This document shows, one piece after another, positions 10,327 to 20,339 of a DNA stretch of 64,000 nt. Position numbers and translations under genes: made by a program. The number at the start of each line of letters is the position of its first letter. The first letter of the stretch is position 1. The stretch is from the NCBI GenBank assembly GCA_964344385.1, contig CAYFNG010000002.1:193476-257475 (forward strand), read 5' to 3'. The notes below the pieces were generated by a model. The model had not been told where the DNA came from, did no database searches, and saw nothing but the letters and a program-made list of their open reading frames with translations. This DNA is from an uncultured Sneathiellales bacterium. Its GTDB lineage: Bacteria; Pseudomonadota; Alphaproteobacteria; CAYFNG01.

Positions 10327-10358
10327 TATCTGAAAGAATAAAAAAGCGCCGGGCGCTT
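10327..10358 (-). terminator. Rho-independent terminator on minus strand, orphan (no annotated gene upstream of it on that strand)
   Basis: Plus strand reads aataaaaaaGCGCCGGGCgcttgGCCCGGCGag. On the minus strand this gives an 8-bp GC stem, a 5-nt loop and a T6 tract. Confidence 0.5.
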
Positions 10359-10899
10359 GGCCCGGCGAGTCTAACAGGGAGGCTTCACGTCTGGGAGACG
10401 CAAAACAGGACTTTCCGCGTTGGGAGTACACCGAAAAGCCCTGACCCGGACTAGGCGCCCGAGCCATAAGATGTGTCGCCGCACCGCAGCAACGCCATCT
10501 AACACAATATTTAGTGTACCATATTGGAACCAGCCACCCCCGTTATGGCAATTGTGCCATGCAAAAAGTGCATAGCTTGTCCGGAATCGGTCGAAATTTC
10601 GCATTTCTCGGTCGATCCGGATCCTGTCTTTTGTTGTATTTTTGCATCACAAATTAACCAATTTGATTGTGCGATGCGCCAATCCGGTTTTCCGGGGGAA
10701 ATCGCGGCTGGTGCAGCTTTTTGCGGCACCCGTGACGGATCGCGCAGATCGGCTCCTTCCGGTCACGTCATCCGGCCCCGGTAGTCCACGGGTGTTGTCT
10801 CGGATGCTCGGCCGCGGTATGTCTCACCGGAAAGCGCCCCAGTCGTATAAGCGTACGCGTTGACCGGTCCACTCCACCCATGATTCCGGGGATCGCCGC

Positions 10900-11865
10900 A
10901 TGGCTGATCAGGTATCCGTTGTCGAAGACAAGAGCGGCCGAAAACGGTTTCGCGAACGCCTGCGCCATGCCCTGCCGGGTGTCTATGAACGGGTTATCGC
11001 AGCCAATACCAGGCGCAAGGATCGCCGCTATCACGGCCTGCAAAGCGATCTGTTCGCGAACCTCGATAGCATCAGCGCCAAACCGTTTCATATCGAGGTC
11101 GAGACCATCAACAAGTGCAACAGCACGTGTGGCTTTTGTCCGGTCAACCGGTTTTCGGACCCGCGCCCGACCATGCGGATGGACGCGGCGCTGTTTTCCC
11201 GCATTATCGATGAACTGGCGGGCTGGGATTTTGCCGGTGTCCTGAACCTGTTTTCCAACAACGAACCGTTCCTCGACCGCCGGATCTTTGACTTTGCCGC
11301 CCAGGCCCGAAGCAAACTGCCGGATGCGTTCATCCAGGTGATTTCCAACGGCACCGCGCTGGACGTCGAAAAGAGCCTCAGGATCCTGCCGCATCTTTCG
11401 CGCCTGATCATCAACGACTATGGCAATGGGATCGACCTGCACGACAATATCGCGGCCATTCGCCGGCACCTGGATGCGGAACGGCCGGAACTGGCGGCCA
11501 AGACGGTGATCGCGCTCAGGCGCCTTGACGAGTTCAAGACCAATCGGGCGGGCAGCGCCCCCAACCGGGCGCCACCGACCACGATTTACACCAGCCGCTG
11601 TGCCTATCCATTTTTCCAGATGGTGATCCGGCCCGACGGCAAAGTCAGCCTGTGCTGCAATGACGCGTTGGGTGAAATGACCATCGGCGACCTTGCCAGC
11701 CAATCCCTGCCCGAGGCCTGGGCCAGCCCGGAACGGCGGATGGTGCAGCAGGCGATGCTCAAGGGGCGGGACAAGATCCCGCTTTGCGCCCATTGCGACA
11801 ACTTGTCCTGGGCCAAACCGAAGCGGATCGCACAATCCATCAAGCACGGGAACTTTTCGGCCTAG
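10900..11865 (+). CDS. Radical SAM/SPASM-domain protein of unknown substrate
   Basis: 321 aa. Canonical CxxxCxxC (CNSTCGFC) with an upstream IEVETINKCN motif. Cys-rich C-terminal SPASM/twitch-like region (CAYPFF...SLCCND...CAHCDN). Confidence 0.8.
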   Translation: MADQVSVVEDKSGRKRFRERLRHALPGVYERVIAANTRRKDRRYHGLQSDLFANLDSISAKPFHIEVETINKCNSTCGFCPVNRFSDPRPTMRMDAALFSRIIDELAGWDFAGVLNLFSNNEPFLDRRIFDFAAQARSKLPDAFIQVISNGTALDVEKSLRILPHLSRLIINDYGNGIDLHDNIAAIRRHLDAERPELAAKTVIALRRLDEFKTNRAGSAPNRAPPTTIYTSRCAYPFFQMVIRPDGKVSLCCNDALGEMTIGDLASQSLPEAWASPERRMVQQAMLKGRDKIPLCAHCDNLSWAKPKRIAQSIKHGNFSA

Positions 11866-11934
11866 CCCGGGCCGATGCGCAACGGTGGCCGAGGCGCCGG
11901 GGCTGACCCCGCCGAACCCCGGCCACCGGTGGGT

Positions 11935-14900
11935 CTATGGCGCCGCGACGATCCACGGCAAGGCTACGCAGGAGTAGCCGTTACCCGGTAGGGCGTTTGG
12001 ATTGTAGACATAGGCCGGGTTGACCGGGGTCACCGATCCGATGTCAAAGCTGACGGTTGCGGCCGGTGGGTCGACCTTTTCCAGGGTCATCGTACATTGC
12101 CCGCTGGCGTCGGTCGTGCAGCCCGTTTGGTTGGTGCCGTCCCAGGTGCCACGGACTTCCGCCTCGGCCTGCGGCGTGAAGCCGTCATGCAGCGTGATGG
12201 TGGCGGTGACACCCCAATTGCCTGCCTCGGCGGCGAAGCTCTGGATATCCAGGGCGACGACGCAGAACCCGGCCGTGGTGCCGCCGCCGGGCGGCGTTAA
12301 CGGGGTCCAGGCCTGCTCGAACTTGGCCCCGGCCTGCGGCAGGTGGACGGACAGTTCCATCCATTCGAAGTCCGGATCGAAGCCGGGCAGCAAGGGGCCG
12401 CCGGCGAACTCGGGGATGTTGCTGTCGGGGAAGGCCGGGTCGTTACCGATATAGCGATGGGCACCCGGTGCGAAACGGCGTTCCATTTCCGGCCCTTGCT
12501 CGACCACCAGGGACGACGAACAGGAGAACGGGTCGGCGGGATCGCCGGGCACGTGCAACGCGTTGTTGGTCGGGTTGCAGTTCGGATCGCCCTGGAAGGC
12601 AACGCCCAGGAAGTAGTTGTAGTGGTCGTAAACCGCCAGCGGTGCGCCAACGATCGCCCGTGCTTCTTCGAACAGCAGGCTGGTCGGGTTGGGGTCCAGA
12701 TCGCCATTGCCGCTGAAATTGCCACCTTCGACGATCCCCGCCATGGGGACGCCATAGGTCGCACCGTTGGCGACGTCGATGCTGGTCACCGCCACGTCGA
12801 CCCGTCGCCCCTGGCCGCCGGTCACGATGATGTCCTGGCGCAGGCCCAGGCCGAACAGGGACACGGCGTCCAGGGTTTCCAACTTGGTGTCCTCCAGTCC
12901 CAGCGGCGTGCCCTGGAACAGGAAGGCTTCAGCAGCGCAGGCGGTTTTGCGCCCGGTGCTGGCGCCACGGCAGGCGAAGATGTCGTTGCCGCCGCCGGTC
13001 AAGGCCGCGGCGATGGCGAAACTGCGGGCCGTGGTCAGGTGAATGTCACCGGTGGGCGATACCGCCGCGCCCCAGACGTTTTCCAGCGCCTTGCCATCGG
13101 CCAGGCCGATGTCCGACCCGTCGAAATACATACCGAAGAAGCCGGTGACAGGATCGAAGACCATCAGGTCCTCGTCCTGCGGCCGGGGGTTGGTGCCGGT
13201 CCAGGGGCCGGCGGGGTCGGTGGCCAACGGCGTCGGGTTCAACGACGGTTTGCGGGCGTTACCCGCGCCCCGGGTGGAGATCACCAGGCGGCCATCGTCC
13301 AGCACGGAGAGCGCGTCGATATCCTCGCCGTTATTGTCGCCAAGCCCGTGGGCCGATCCGTCGAAGACCAGGCTCCAGTCCCCGCCGTCGAACAGAACGA
13401 TGTCCTCGTCATCGGCCAGGAAAGGTGCGCTGCTCACACCGGCCGGTACGGCGGTGGTCTGGGCCGTTCCGGCACCGGCGAACGACAGGTAGAAGGTGTC
13501 GTGGTCGACCACGTGCAGGGCGTCGATATCGGCATCCCGCGGCAGCCCGTGGGCCGAGCCGTCGAAGAACAGGTGGAACTTGGTGCCGTCGAAGAACAGG
13601 ATGTCTTCGTCGCCGGCCCGTTTGGCCAGGCCGGTGATGCCGCTGCCGGTGCCGTTCAGCGAGGCAAAGAACTTGCTATAGAGGTCGGTCATGCCGGCCG
13701 GCGGTACGATCTCGACCTGGTAGGAACCCGGTGCCAGATCGCGAAATTCGTAATACCCGACCGCCGGTGCCGGCAGGCCCGTGGTCTGGCGGCAATTGTC
13801 AGCCAGGTTCCCGGTGTCACATACCACCGGGCCGGCAAACACGCCGCCGATTTCGTTGGGCGGGAAGGTGCCGGACGGGATCCAGCCCTGGCGGACCGTG
13901 TCGGCTTCGTCCAGAGCGCCGGTGGCGGTGGTGGCGATTACGGCGCCGGCCGCGTCTAGCAGGTTGACTGTGACGCCCTGAAACAGCTTCTCATCGGCTT
14001 CGTCCCAGACGCCGTTGCCGACCCAGGTACCCAGCGGCAGGTGCTCATAGTGGACATTGCCGATCAGGTTGCCGACCTCGGCCGGAATGTCTTCCAATTG
14101 CAGGTCGGCGAAATAGTTCAGGGTCCACCATTGCACGACCCTGCTCATACCATTGTGGGTGATGCTGGTGATCGCCGGATTGCCCGGACCGACCGGCAGG
14201 TTGGGGTCGAGCCGCTGGAAATCCTCGGTCAGGATGCGGCCGCGTCGGGTGGTGCCGTCGGGCAGGTCGGCATAGACCTGGCCCGGGACGCCGGTCTCGG
14301 GCGCCGCGTCGAAGTTGAACCAGCCGACCGGGTTCGTGGCGGTGGCCTGTTTGGTGGCGCCGCTCTCGTAGAACAGCTTGACCGCCGTGTCGGCAACGGG
14401 TGTGCCGCTATTTTCCACGAACCCTTGAACCCGAGCCGCGAACCGCGGCACCAAGACGGTGACGGCGGTGTTGACCCCGGACTGAACCGTGGCGCCGGTG
14501 CCGACCTTCGGGACGTTGACCAGGTCGTGGTCGAAGACGAACATCTCGTACCGCCCCGGCGCGACATTGGTAAAGGCGAACTCGCCGCCGGTGCTGGGGT
14601 CGTTGTAATTGGCGATCGGCGTGGCTTCCGTGGTTGCCACCAACTGCGGATTATCGCCGAGCGTAAACAGCGCCACGATCGCATCGGGAATGCGCGCATT
14701 GGGCAGGACGTCAAAGCGGAAACTGTCGACGACACCGCCCACCGCGCCGTTGGAATTGGTGTCCCAGGGCGTGCCGTCGGCATAGCGGGCATTGGTCGGC
14801 GGCACCCGCCCGCCCAGGGTGGCGGGGAACGGTTCCTGCGGGTCGTTGCCGTCGGCGTCGATCAGCAGGCCGCTGACGGAACCGGCGACGGCCGGGTTGC

Positions 14901-15999
14901 CGCCGGCGTCGGGGCCGATCTTTTCAATAAAGCCGTGCCAGGTCAGGTAGCCGCCGGCTTCGGTCCCGGTGTCTTGCGGACGAAGCTGGGCATCCCAGGC
15001 GTGGCCGCCCTCTTCGGTCACGGTCTGATACCAGGCGCAACCCGGTTGGCGGTAATCGATGCGGCCGGTGGTCGGGTCCAGGCAGTCACCACCGGTGCCG
15101 CTATGGGCCAGGTGCAGGATATTTGCCGGCATGTGGGGGTTGGCCGCGTTGGTCACCGTCGAAGGGTCGGACTCGACGATCAACTCGCCGGCCGGCAGGC
15201 CCTCGAAGTAGACGAAGCCATGTGCCGGCATCGCGCCGCCCGGACCATAGGTCAAACCGTCAGCGGTGGTGAAGCTGGTCCGCGAACCGCTGACCTGTTC
15301 GGCGACCAGATTGCCGGCCGGATCGTAGACCCGCACCGTGACCCCGTTAAGTCCGGGGTCCTTGGTCGGCCCGTCATCGGCCAGGTTGGTGAAATTGTCA
15401 TAGAAGACATAGTGCAACAGGTTGGCCTTAGGCAGCTGGTTGTCGGCATCCAACGGCGGCAGATAGGCATCCTGTGCCCCGACCGCGACGACCGACGAAT
15501 CACCGGTGCCGCCGGCCGCGAGGTCGGGGCCGGTGGGATGGGTGAAGGCGGCAAGGCCTGCATCCCACGTGAATTCCCGGCTGGTCGTGCCATGGCCAGG
15601 GGCGCTGAAGGTGACGATCAGGTCGGTTGCGTCCGGCGTGCCGGGCGTCGCGGTGGCGGGAATGATTGCCTCCCAGCAATGACCGTCGACCCCTGTACCA
15701 AGGTTGCCATAGGCGACGATGCCGCCGTCATGCTGACTCTGAACCATGATCTGGGCATCGGTGATCGGTGTTGCGCCGTCGGCGGCATAGACGGTCGACC
15801 AGTTCGCGACCGGTTCGCCCAAGGCGTCGGGGACAAAGGTCACGGTGCCTTGACCGGTGTAGAGGCAGCCGCCGATGACCGGGTCGGCGGTTTGCGCGTG
15901 GCCGGTTGCCGAGGTGGTCAGGCCGAGGAGGAATAGGGCGAGTGCGGCGATGGTTTGCCGCCGAGGGAACAAATTCCCGGAAACCTGTTGGGGCGTCAT
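11935..15999 (-). CDS. Large secreted repeat protein (1354 aa), putative adhesin/surface protein with FG-GAP-like and Asp-rich Ca-binding-like repeats
   Basis: Start set at MTPQQVSGNLFPRRQTIAALALFLLGLTTSATGHAQ (signal peptide; RBS AAGGAA 7 nt upstream). Three ~45-aa repeats of the form FDGSAHGL...DIDAL. Many DxDGxD / TADG motifs. Gly/Thr/Asp-rich composition. Confidence 0.7.
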   Translation of the reverse strand: MTPQQVSGNLFPRRQTIAALALFLLGLTTSATGHAQTADPVIGGCLYTGQGTVTFVPDALGEPVANWSTVYAADGATPITDAQIMVQSQHDGGIVAYGNLGTGVDGHCWEAIIPATATPGTPDATDLIVTFSAPGHGTTSREFTWDAGLAAFTHPTGPDLAAGGTGDSSVVAVGAQDAYLPPLDADNQLPKANLLHYVFYDNFTNLADDGPTKDPGLNGVTVRVYDPAGNLVAEQVSGSRTSFTTADGLTYGPGGAMPAHGFVYFEGLPAGELIVESDPSTVTNAANPHMPANILHLAHSGTGGDCLDPTTGRIDYRQPGCAWYQTVTEEGGHAWDAQLRPQDTGTEAGGYLTWHGFIEKIGPDAGGNPAVAGSVSGLLIDADGNDPQEPFPATLGGRVPPTNARYADGTPWDTNSNGAVGGVVDSFRFDVLPNARIPDAIVALFTLGDNPQLVATTEATPIANYNDPSTGGEFAFTNVAPGRYEMFVFDHDLVNVPKVGTGATVQSGVNTAVTVLVPRFAARVQGFVENSGTPVADTAVKLFYESGATKQATATNPVGWFNFDAAPETGVPGQVYADLPDGTTRRGRILTEDFQRLDPNLPVGPGNPAITSITHNGMSRVVQWWTLNYFADLQLEDIPAEVGNLIGNVHYEHLPLGTWVGNGVWDEADEKLFQGVTVNLLDAAGAVIATTATGALDEADTVRQGWIPSGTFPPNEIGGVFAGPVVCDTGNLADNCRQTTGLPAPAVGYYEFRDLAPGSYQVEIVPPAGMTDLYSKFFASLNGTGSGITGLAKRAGDEDILFFDGTKFHLFFDGSAHGLPRDADIDALHVVDHDTFYLSFAGAGTAQTTAVPAGVSSAPFLADDEDIVLFDGGDWSLVFDGSAHGLGDNNGEDIDALSVLDDGRLVISTRGAGNARKPSLNPTPLATDPAGPWTGTNPRPQDEDLMVFDPVTGFFGMYFDGSDIGLADGKALENVWGAAVSPTGDIHLTTARSFAIAAALTGGGNDIFACRGASTGRKTACAAEAFLFQGTPLGLEDTKLETLDAVSLFGLGLRQDIIVTGGQGRRVDVAVTSIDVANGATYGVPMAGIVEGGNFSGNGDLDPNPTSLLFEEARAIVGAPLAVYDHYNYFLGVAFQGDPNCNPTNNALHVPGDPADPFSCSSSLVVEQGPEMERRFAPGAHRYIGNDPAFPDSNIPEFAGGPLLPGFDPDFEWMELSVHLPQAGAKFEQAWTPLTPPGGGTTAGFCVVALDIQSFAAEAGNWGVTATITLHDGFTPQAEAEVRGTWDGTNQTGCTTDASGQCTMTLEKVDPPAATVSFDIGSVTPVNPAYVYNPNALPGNGYSCVALPWIVAAP

Positions 16000-16474
16000 T
16001 AAGTCCGTTCCTTGTTTCTGCATCCGGTCGATGGTGGTGGGCCGGATGCAGCTTGATGACTGTGCAGTGGCGCCGAAATACCGCGCCGAACCCGGGAGGC
16101 CCCAACCGGGTTGTTGGCAGCTGGGCAGCAAAAAGCAGGCCAGAATGTTTGTGTTAAATAAAATTGGGCAATAACCGGGAAAACTATTGTTATTCTAAAT
16201 TCGTTCTGTAAAGAAAATCGACGATATATGCTTGTTTTGAAACGCTGAGTGATCAGTTTTATTTTGATTTATTTTTGTTTTTCTTGGAGAATTTCAGCTT
16301 GCTTTAAGGTTCGGCGTGGACTGTGGGGTGGTCCACTGCGCCAGTCGCGCCACTCAAGCCGGCACCGTTCGGCCGGTAAAACCCATTGTCTGACGAAGAA
16401 ATGCGCGTTATGCCAAGCGTCCGCCCGGTCCGTGAATTCCGGGCGGTTTGAAGTGGCGTGGGGGACGGCGTTCC

Positions 16475-17725
16475 ATGGCTGGGCAGAATTCTACGGTTTG
16501 GCTGAAGGCCTCTTCGGTTTTCCTCGCCCTCTCGCTGCCGCTTCTGGTGATGGGGCCAGCGGAAATCGCGATTGCCCTGGCTTTGGCCCTGATTGCCGGC
16601 GTGATCGGACTGGGCCGAACCGGTCTGCGCGCGATATTCCTCGCCTGGGCCGCGGCTCCCACGGTCCGTGTGGTCGCGCTTGTCCTGTTGACCTGGTTAC
16701 TCGGCGTCGTGTTTTCCGGCGATCCGCTGCACTCTGCGGGCTTTTGGGCCCGCACCGCCGGATTTCTGACGGTCGTCGGGCTCTGCGCCGAAGTTCCCAG
16801 GCTCCAGCCCGGTCTTGCCGGGCTTGCCCTGAAGGCCTTCGTGGCGGCCAGCGCGGTAGCACTGGGCATTACCCTCGCCGCGCTCTATGTGCACCCCGAT
16901 TTCCTGGCCTGGGCGCGGCTGCAGCCCGGGCGCGACTTCCTGCCGGCCGCAACCCTGAAATCCTATGCCAATGCGGTTCTGTTGATGATCCCCATCCTGG
17001 CCCTGGGGGCGATGCGGCTGACCGGGACCTGGCGCGCTGTTTCAATGGCCGCGATCGCTGCGGCGTTGGCGGTGATCCTGGCCACACAATCGAAATCCCC
17101 GATGGCCGGCGGCCTGGCGATGCTGATGGTGTTCCTGCTGGGCGCGGTGTTCGGCGGTTGGTCCAAGACCAGGCGTGCGGTCACGCTTGCCGCCGTTCTG
17201 GTTGCCGCTGCCGCTACTCTCGCCAATGTCTCCGGGTTGGGGCTGGGCCGCAGCGTGGCCGGGTTCGAGCCCTACCTGCCGACGTCGCTGGTCGACATCC
17301 ATCGCCAGGCGATCTGGGCCTTTGTGTTCGATACCGCGATGACCCGTCCATGGACGGGTTTCGGGCTCAACCTTTCGAACTTCGTTCCCGGTGCCCATGC
17401 CGAGGCTTATGGCCTGGGTCAGGAAATGGTGCCGGGCCATCCCCACAACTGGTTTCTGGAAATCATGATCGAGGCCGGGGTGGCTGCCGCCCTGGCGACC
17501 CTGGGCGGCGTCATTTGGTTCCTGTTGCGCCTGTTGCGCGACTTCGCGCGCCGGCCCGACGCGGCGGTGCTGGTGGCGATGGCGGTTGCCGGCGGCTATT
17601 GGACCGCAGGCCTGTTCAATTTCTCGTTCTGGTCCGCCTGGTGGCAGGTCGCGCACCTGGTGGCCCTGGGCTTGGCCCTGGCGCTGGCCCGCGAACCCCG
17701 CCCGCCCGGCGACATGGCGGCTTGA
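16475..17725 (+). CDS. O-antigen ligase family membrane protein (Wzy_C domain: Wzy polymerase / WaaL / PglL-like)
   Basis: ~416 aa, ~10 TM segments, a large periplasmic loop near the C-terminal third, conserved His-containing segment. ATG at 16475 preferred over the TTG at 16448. Confidence 0.65.
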   Translation: MAGQNSTVWLKASSVFLALSLPLLVMGPAEIAIALALALIAGVIGLGRTGLRAIFLAWAAAPTVRVVALVLLTWLLGVVFSGDPLHSAGFWARTAGFLTVVGLCAEVPRLQPGLAGLALKAFVAASAVALGITLAALYVHPDFLAWARLQPGRDFLPAATLKSYANAVLLMIPILALGAMRLTGTWRAVSMAAIAAALAVILATQSKSPMAGGLAMLMVFLLGAVFGGWSKTRRAVTLAAVLVAAAATLANVSGLGLGRSVAGFEPYLPTSLVDIHRQAIWAFVFDTAMTRPWTGFGLNLSNFVPGAHAEAYGLGQEMVPGHPHNWFLEIMIEAGVAAALATLGGVIWFLLRLLRDFARRPDAAVLVAMAVAGGYWTAGLFNFSFWSAWWQVAHLVALGLALALAREPRPPGDMAA

Positions 17726-17787
17726 ACTGGCCGGCTTAGCATGTGTTAGATTTCATCCGTTAGTCGGGTTGATAGGGTGGGGTGGAT

Positions 17788-19383
17788 ATGGAGTTTGATT
17801 ACGTCATTGTCGGTGCCGGAACGGCCGGCTGTGTTCTGGCCAACCGGCTCAGCGCTGACGACCGGGTCAGCATCTGCCTGTTGGAGGCCGGTGGCGAAGG
17901 GCGGACCCCATGGATTCGCATCCCGGTCGGCTACGTCAAGACCATGGTCGACCCCAAGGTCAACTGGCTGTTCGACACCCAACCGCATGGCGATACCCGC
18001 GACCGCCCCATCCCGGTGCCACGCGGCAAGGTGTTGGGCGGGTCCAGCGCCATCAACGGCATGGTTTATGTCCGGGGCCAGGCCCGGGATTACGACACCT
18101 GGGCCCAGCTCGGCTGCACCGGCTGGTCCTATGCCGACATATTGCCCTATTTCAAACGGGCCGAGCATTGTGAACTGGGCGGTGATGAGTTTCACGGGGT
18201 TGGCGGCCCCATCAACGTGGCCCGGACCGCCACCCGCTACCCGTTGCTGGATCGCGTGATCCAAGCCGGTGGCGCATTGGGCTATGCGACCAACCACGAT
18301 TATAACGGCGCCGCCCAGGCCGGTTTTACCTATTTCCAGGTCAACCAGAAGAACGGGCGCCGGTTCAGCGCCAAGGACGGTTACCTGGACCCGATCAGGG
18401 GCCGCCGGAAGAACCTGCGGATCGAGACCCATGCCATGGCCCGTAAACTGGTGATCGAGGACGGGCGCGCCGCGGGGGTCATCTTTCAACAGGGCGAAAA
18501 CCAAGTCACGGTGCGGGCCCGTCGCGAGGTCATTCTGGCCGCTGGTGCGGTCAAATCACCGCATCTGTTGGAACTGTCCGGAATAGGCCAGGCGGCGCGA
18601 CTGCGGGACCTGGGCGTCGAGGTGGTGCAGGACCTGCCCGGGGTCGGCGAGAATTTGCAGGACCATTATATCTCGCGGCTGAGTTGGCGGCTGAACGGCG
18701 TCGAGAGCCTCAACCGCCTGACCCGCGGTCTGCCACTGGCGCTGGAAGCAGCCAAGTTCGTCTTCGCCGGCCGCGGAGCCTTGACCATGCCGGCCGGCAT
18801 CGTCGCCGGTTTCGTCAAGAGCCGCCCGGACCTGGAGGACGCGGACATCCAGTACCATATCGTCCATGCCACCTTCAAAGACCCCAAGAAGCGGGTCTTC
18901 GACCGGTTTCCCGGGTTGACGATCGGGCCCTGCCAGATGCGCCCGGAAAGCCGCGGCCATATCCATGCCGCGACGCCGGATTACCGCGACGCGCCGGAAA
19001 TCCAGCCCAATTTCCTCAGCCATGCGGACGACTGCGCGGTGCATGTGGCGGGCATGCGGATCGCCCGCGCCGTCATGGCGACCGATGTCATGCGCCCCAT
19101 CGTCGATCAGGAACTGACACCGGGGGATGCGGCGGACGATGATGACGCGCTATTGGAATTCGCCCGCAGCACCGGCGCCACCGTCTATCACCCGGTGGGC
19201 ACCTGCAAAATGGGCACCGACGAACTGGCGGTCGTGGATCCGGAGTTGCAGGTGCGCGGGGTCGGTGGCCTCAGGGTGGTCGATGCCTCGGTGATGCCGC
19301 GCCTGACCAGCGGCAACACCAATGCCCCGACCACCATGATCGCCGAAAAGGCGGCGGACCTGATCCTCGCCGCGGACGGATAA
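17788..19383 (+). CDS. GMC family oxidoreductase (choline/alcohol dehydrogenase-like flavoprotein)
   Basis: N-terminal [20 protein letters not shown] Rossmann motif. GMC signature regions ([14 protein letters not shown]; C-terminal HPVGTCKMG). Confidence 0.85.
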   Translation: MEFDYVIVGAGTAGCVLANRLSADDRVSICLLEAGGEGRTPWIRIPVGYVKTMVDPKVNWLFDTQPHGDTRDRPIPVPRGKVLGGSSAINGMVYVRGQARDYDTWAQLGCTGWSYADILPYFKRAEHCELGGDEFHGVGGPINVARTATRYPLLDRVIQAGGALGYATNHDYNGAAQAGFTYFQVNQKNGRRFSAKDGYLDPIRGRRKNLRIETHAMARKLVIEDGRAAGVIFQQGENQVTVRARREVILAAGAVKSPHLLELSGIGQAARLRDLGVEVVQDLPGVGENLQDHYISRLSWRLNGVESLNRLTRGLPLALEAAKFVFAGRGALTMPAGIVAGFVKSRPDLEDADIQYHIVHATFKDPKKRVFDRFPGLTIGPCQMRPESRGHIHAATPDYRDAPEIQPNFLSHADDCAVHVAGMRIARAVMATDVMRPIVDQELTPGDAADDDDALLEFARSTGATVYHPVGTCKMGTDELAVVDPELQVRGVGGLRVVDASVMPRLTSGNTNAPTTMIAEKAADLILAADG

Positions 19384-19385
19384 AC

Positions 19386-20324
19386 CTAACGCCAGGCCCG
19401 TCTCAGCGCGGTGGCGCATTCGTCGAGGCAGGTTCCGGCCGCTTCGATGACCTTGCCCATCGACAGGAAGCCGTGGATCTGGCCGTCGAACCGTCGCGTC
19501 TCCACCGGCACGCCGGCGGCTGACAGGCCGGCGGCATAGGCCTCGCCCTCGTCGCTGAGCGGGTCGTAACCCGCCGTCACCACATAGGCCGGCGCCAGGC
19601 CGCCGAGATCCTCGGCCAGGCCCGGCGAGGCGCGCAGATCGGTCAGGTCCTCGGGCCCGTTCAGATAGTGGTCCATGAACCAGTTCATCAGCTCGCGGGT
19701 CAGGAAGTAGCCCTCGCCCAGCCTACGGTGGCTATCGGTGTCCCCGTCCAGCCTGGTGGCCGGATAGATCAGCATCTGCAGGGCCAGGTCGGGGCCGCCG
19801 GCATCCCTGGCCATTCGTGCCATGACGCTGCTCAAATTGCCGCCGGCGCTGTCGCCGCCGACCGCCAGGCGCGCGGCGTCACCGCCAAATCCGGCGGCGT
19901 TGGCAGCGATCCAGGTCAGCGCGGCCCAGGCGTCATCGACGGCGGCCGGGAACTTGTACTCCGGCGCCAGCCGATAGTCGACCGATGCGACCAGACAGCC
20001 GGCTTGGTTGGCCAGGGTCCGGCACGGCGTTTCATAGGTGTCGCGGTCGCCGATCACGAAACCGCCACCGTGATAGAACACCAGCACCGGCAACGGCCCG
20101 CCGGTTTCAATGTGTGGGCGATAGAGGCGGATCGGAACCGGCCCGGCCGGACCCGGGGCTTCGATGTCCCTGATCTCGGCCACGGCCGGCGGATCGGTGT
20201 CCAGGATCTTGATCGCGATGGCGAATTCGGCCCGAGCCTCCTCCGGGCTCAGGCTATACAATTGCGGCCGGTCGCTGGCTTCGGCCATGTCGAGAACCAG
20301 GCGTGCCTGGGGGTCCAAGGTCAT
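19386..20324 (-). CDS. Alpha/beta-hydrolase fold esterase/lipase (HSL family)
   Basis: Oxyanion HGGGF motif and nucleophile elbow GDSAGG. 312 aa. Confidence 0.8.
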   Translation of the reverse strand: MTLDPQARLVLDMAEASDRPQLYSLSPEEARAEFAIAIKILDTDPPAVAEIRDIEAPGPAGPVPIRLYRPHIETGGPLPVLVFYHGGGFVIGDRDTYETPCRTLANQAGCLVASVDYRLAPEYKFPAAVDDAWAALTWIAANAAGFGGDAARLAVGGDSAGGNLSSVMARMARDAGGPDLALQMLIYPATRLDGDTDSHRRLGEGYFLTRELMNWFMDHYLNGPEDLTDLRASPGLAEDLGGLAPAYVVTAGYDPLSDEGEAYAAGLSAAGVPVETRRFDGQIHGFLSMGKVIEAAGTCLDECATALRRAWR

Positions 20325-20339
20325 GACGTGGTCCTTCGG

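Noticed and set aside
10058-10330. DnaA box upstream of gcrA (expected from the Caulobacter paradigm)
   Set aside because: I scanned for TTATCCACA / TGTGGATAA-like 9-mers in the gcrA upstream region and found no match of 8/9 or better. Only GANTC methylation motifs (GAGTC at ~10368, GAATC at ~10585) were seen, and these are too common to report.
10524-10784. Cys-rich 86-aa ORF (7 Cys) immediately upstream of the radical-SAM/SPASM gene, a tempting RiPP precursor
   Set aside because: It has a TTG start and no purine-rich RBS. Its codon usage is strongly A/T-ending, unlike the host. The region looks like an AT-rich promoter. It is mentioned under the rSAM finding, but without homology or expression evidence it is not reported as a feature.
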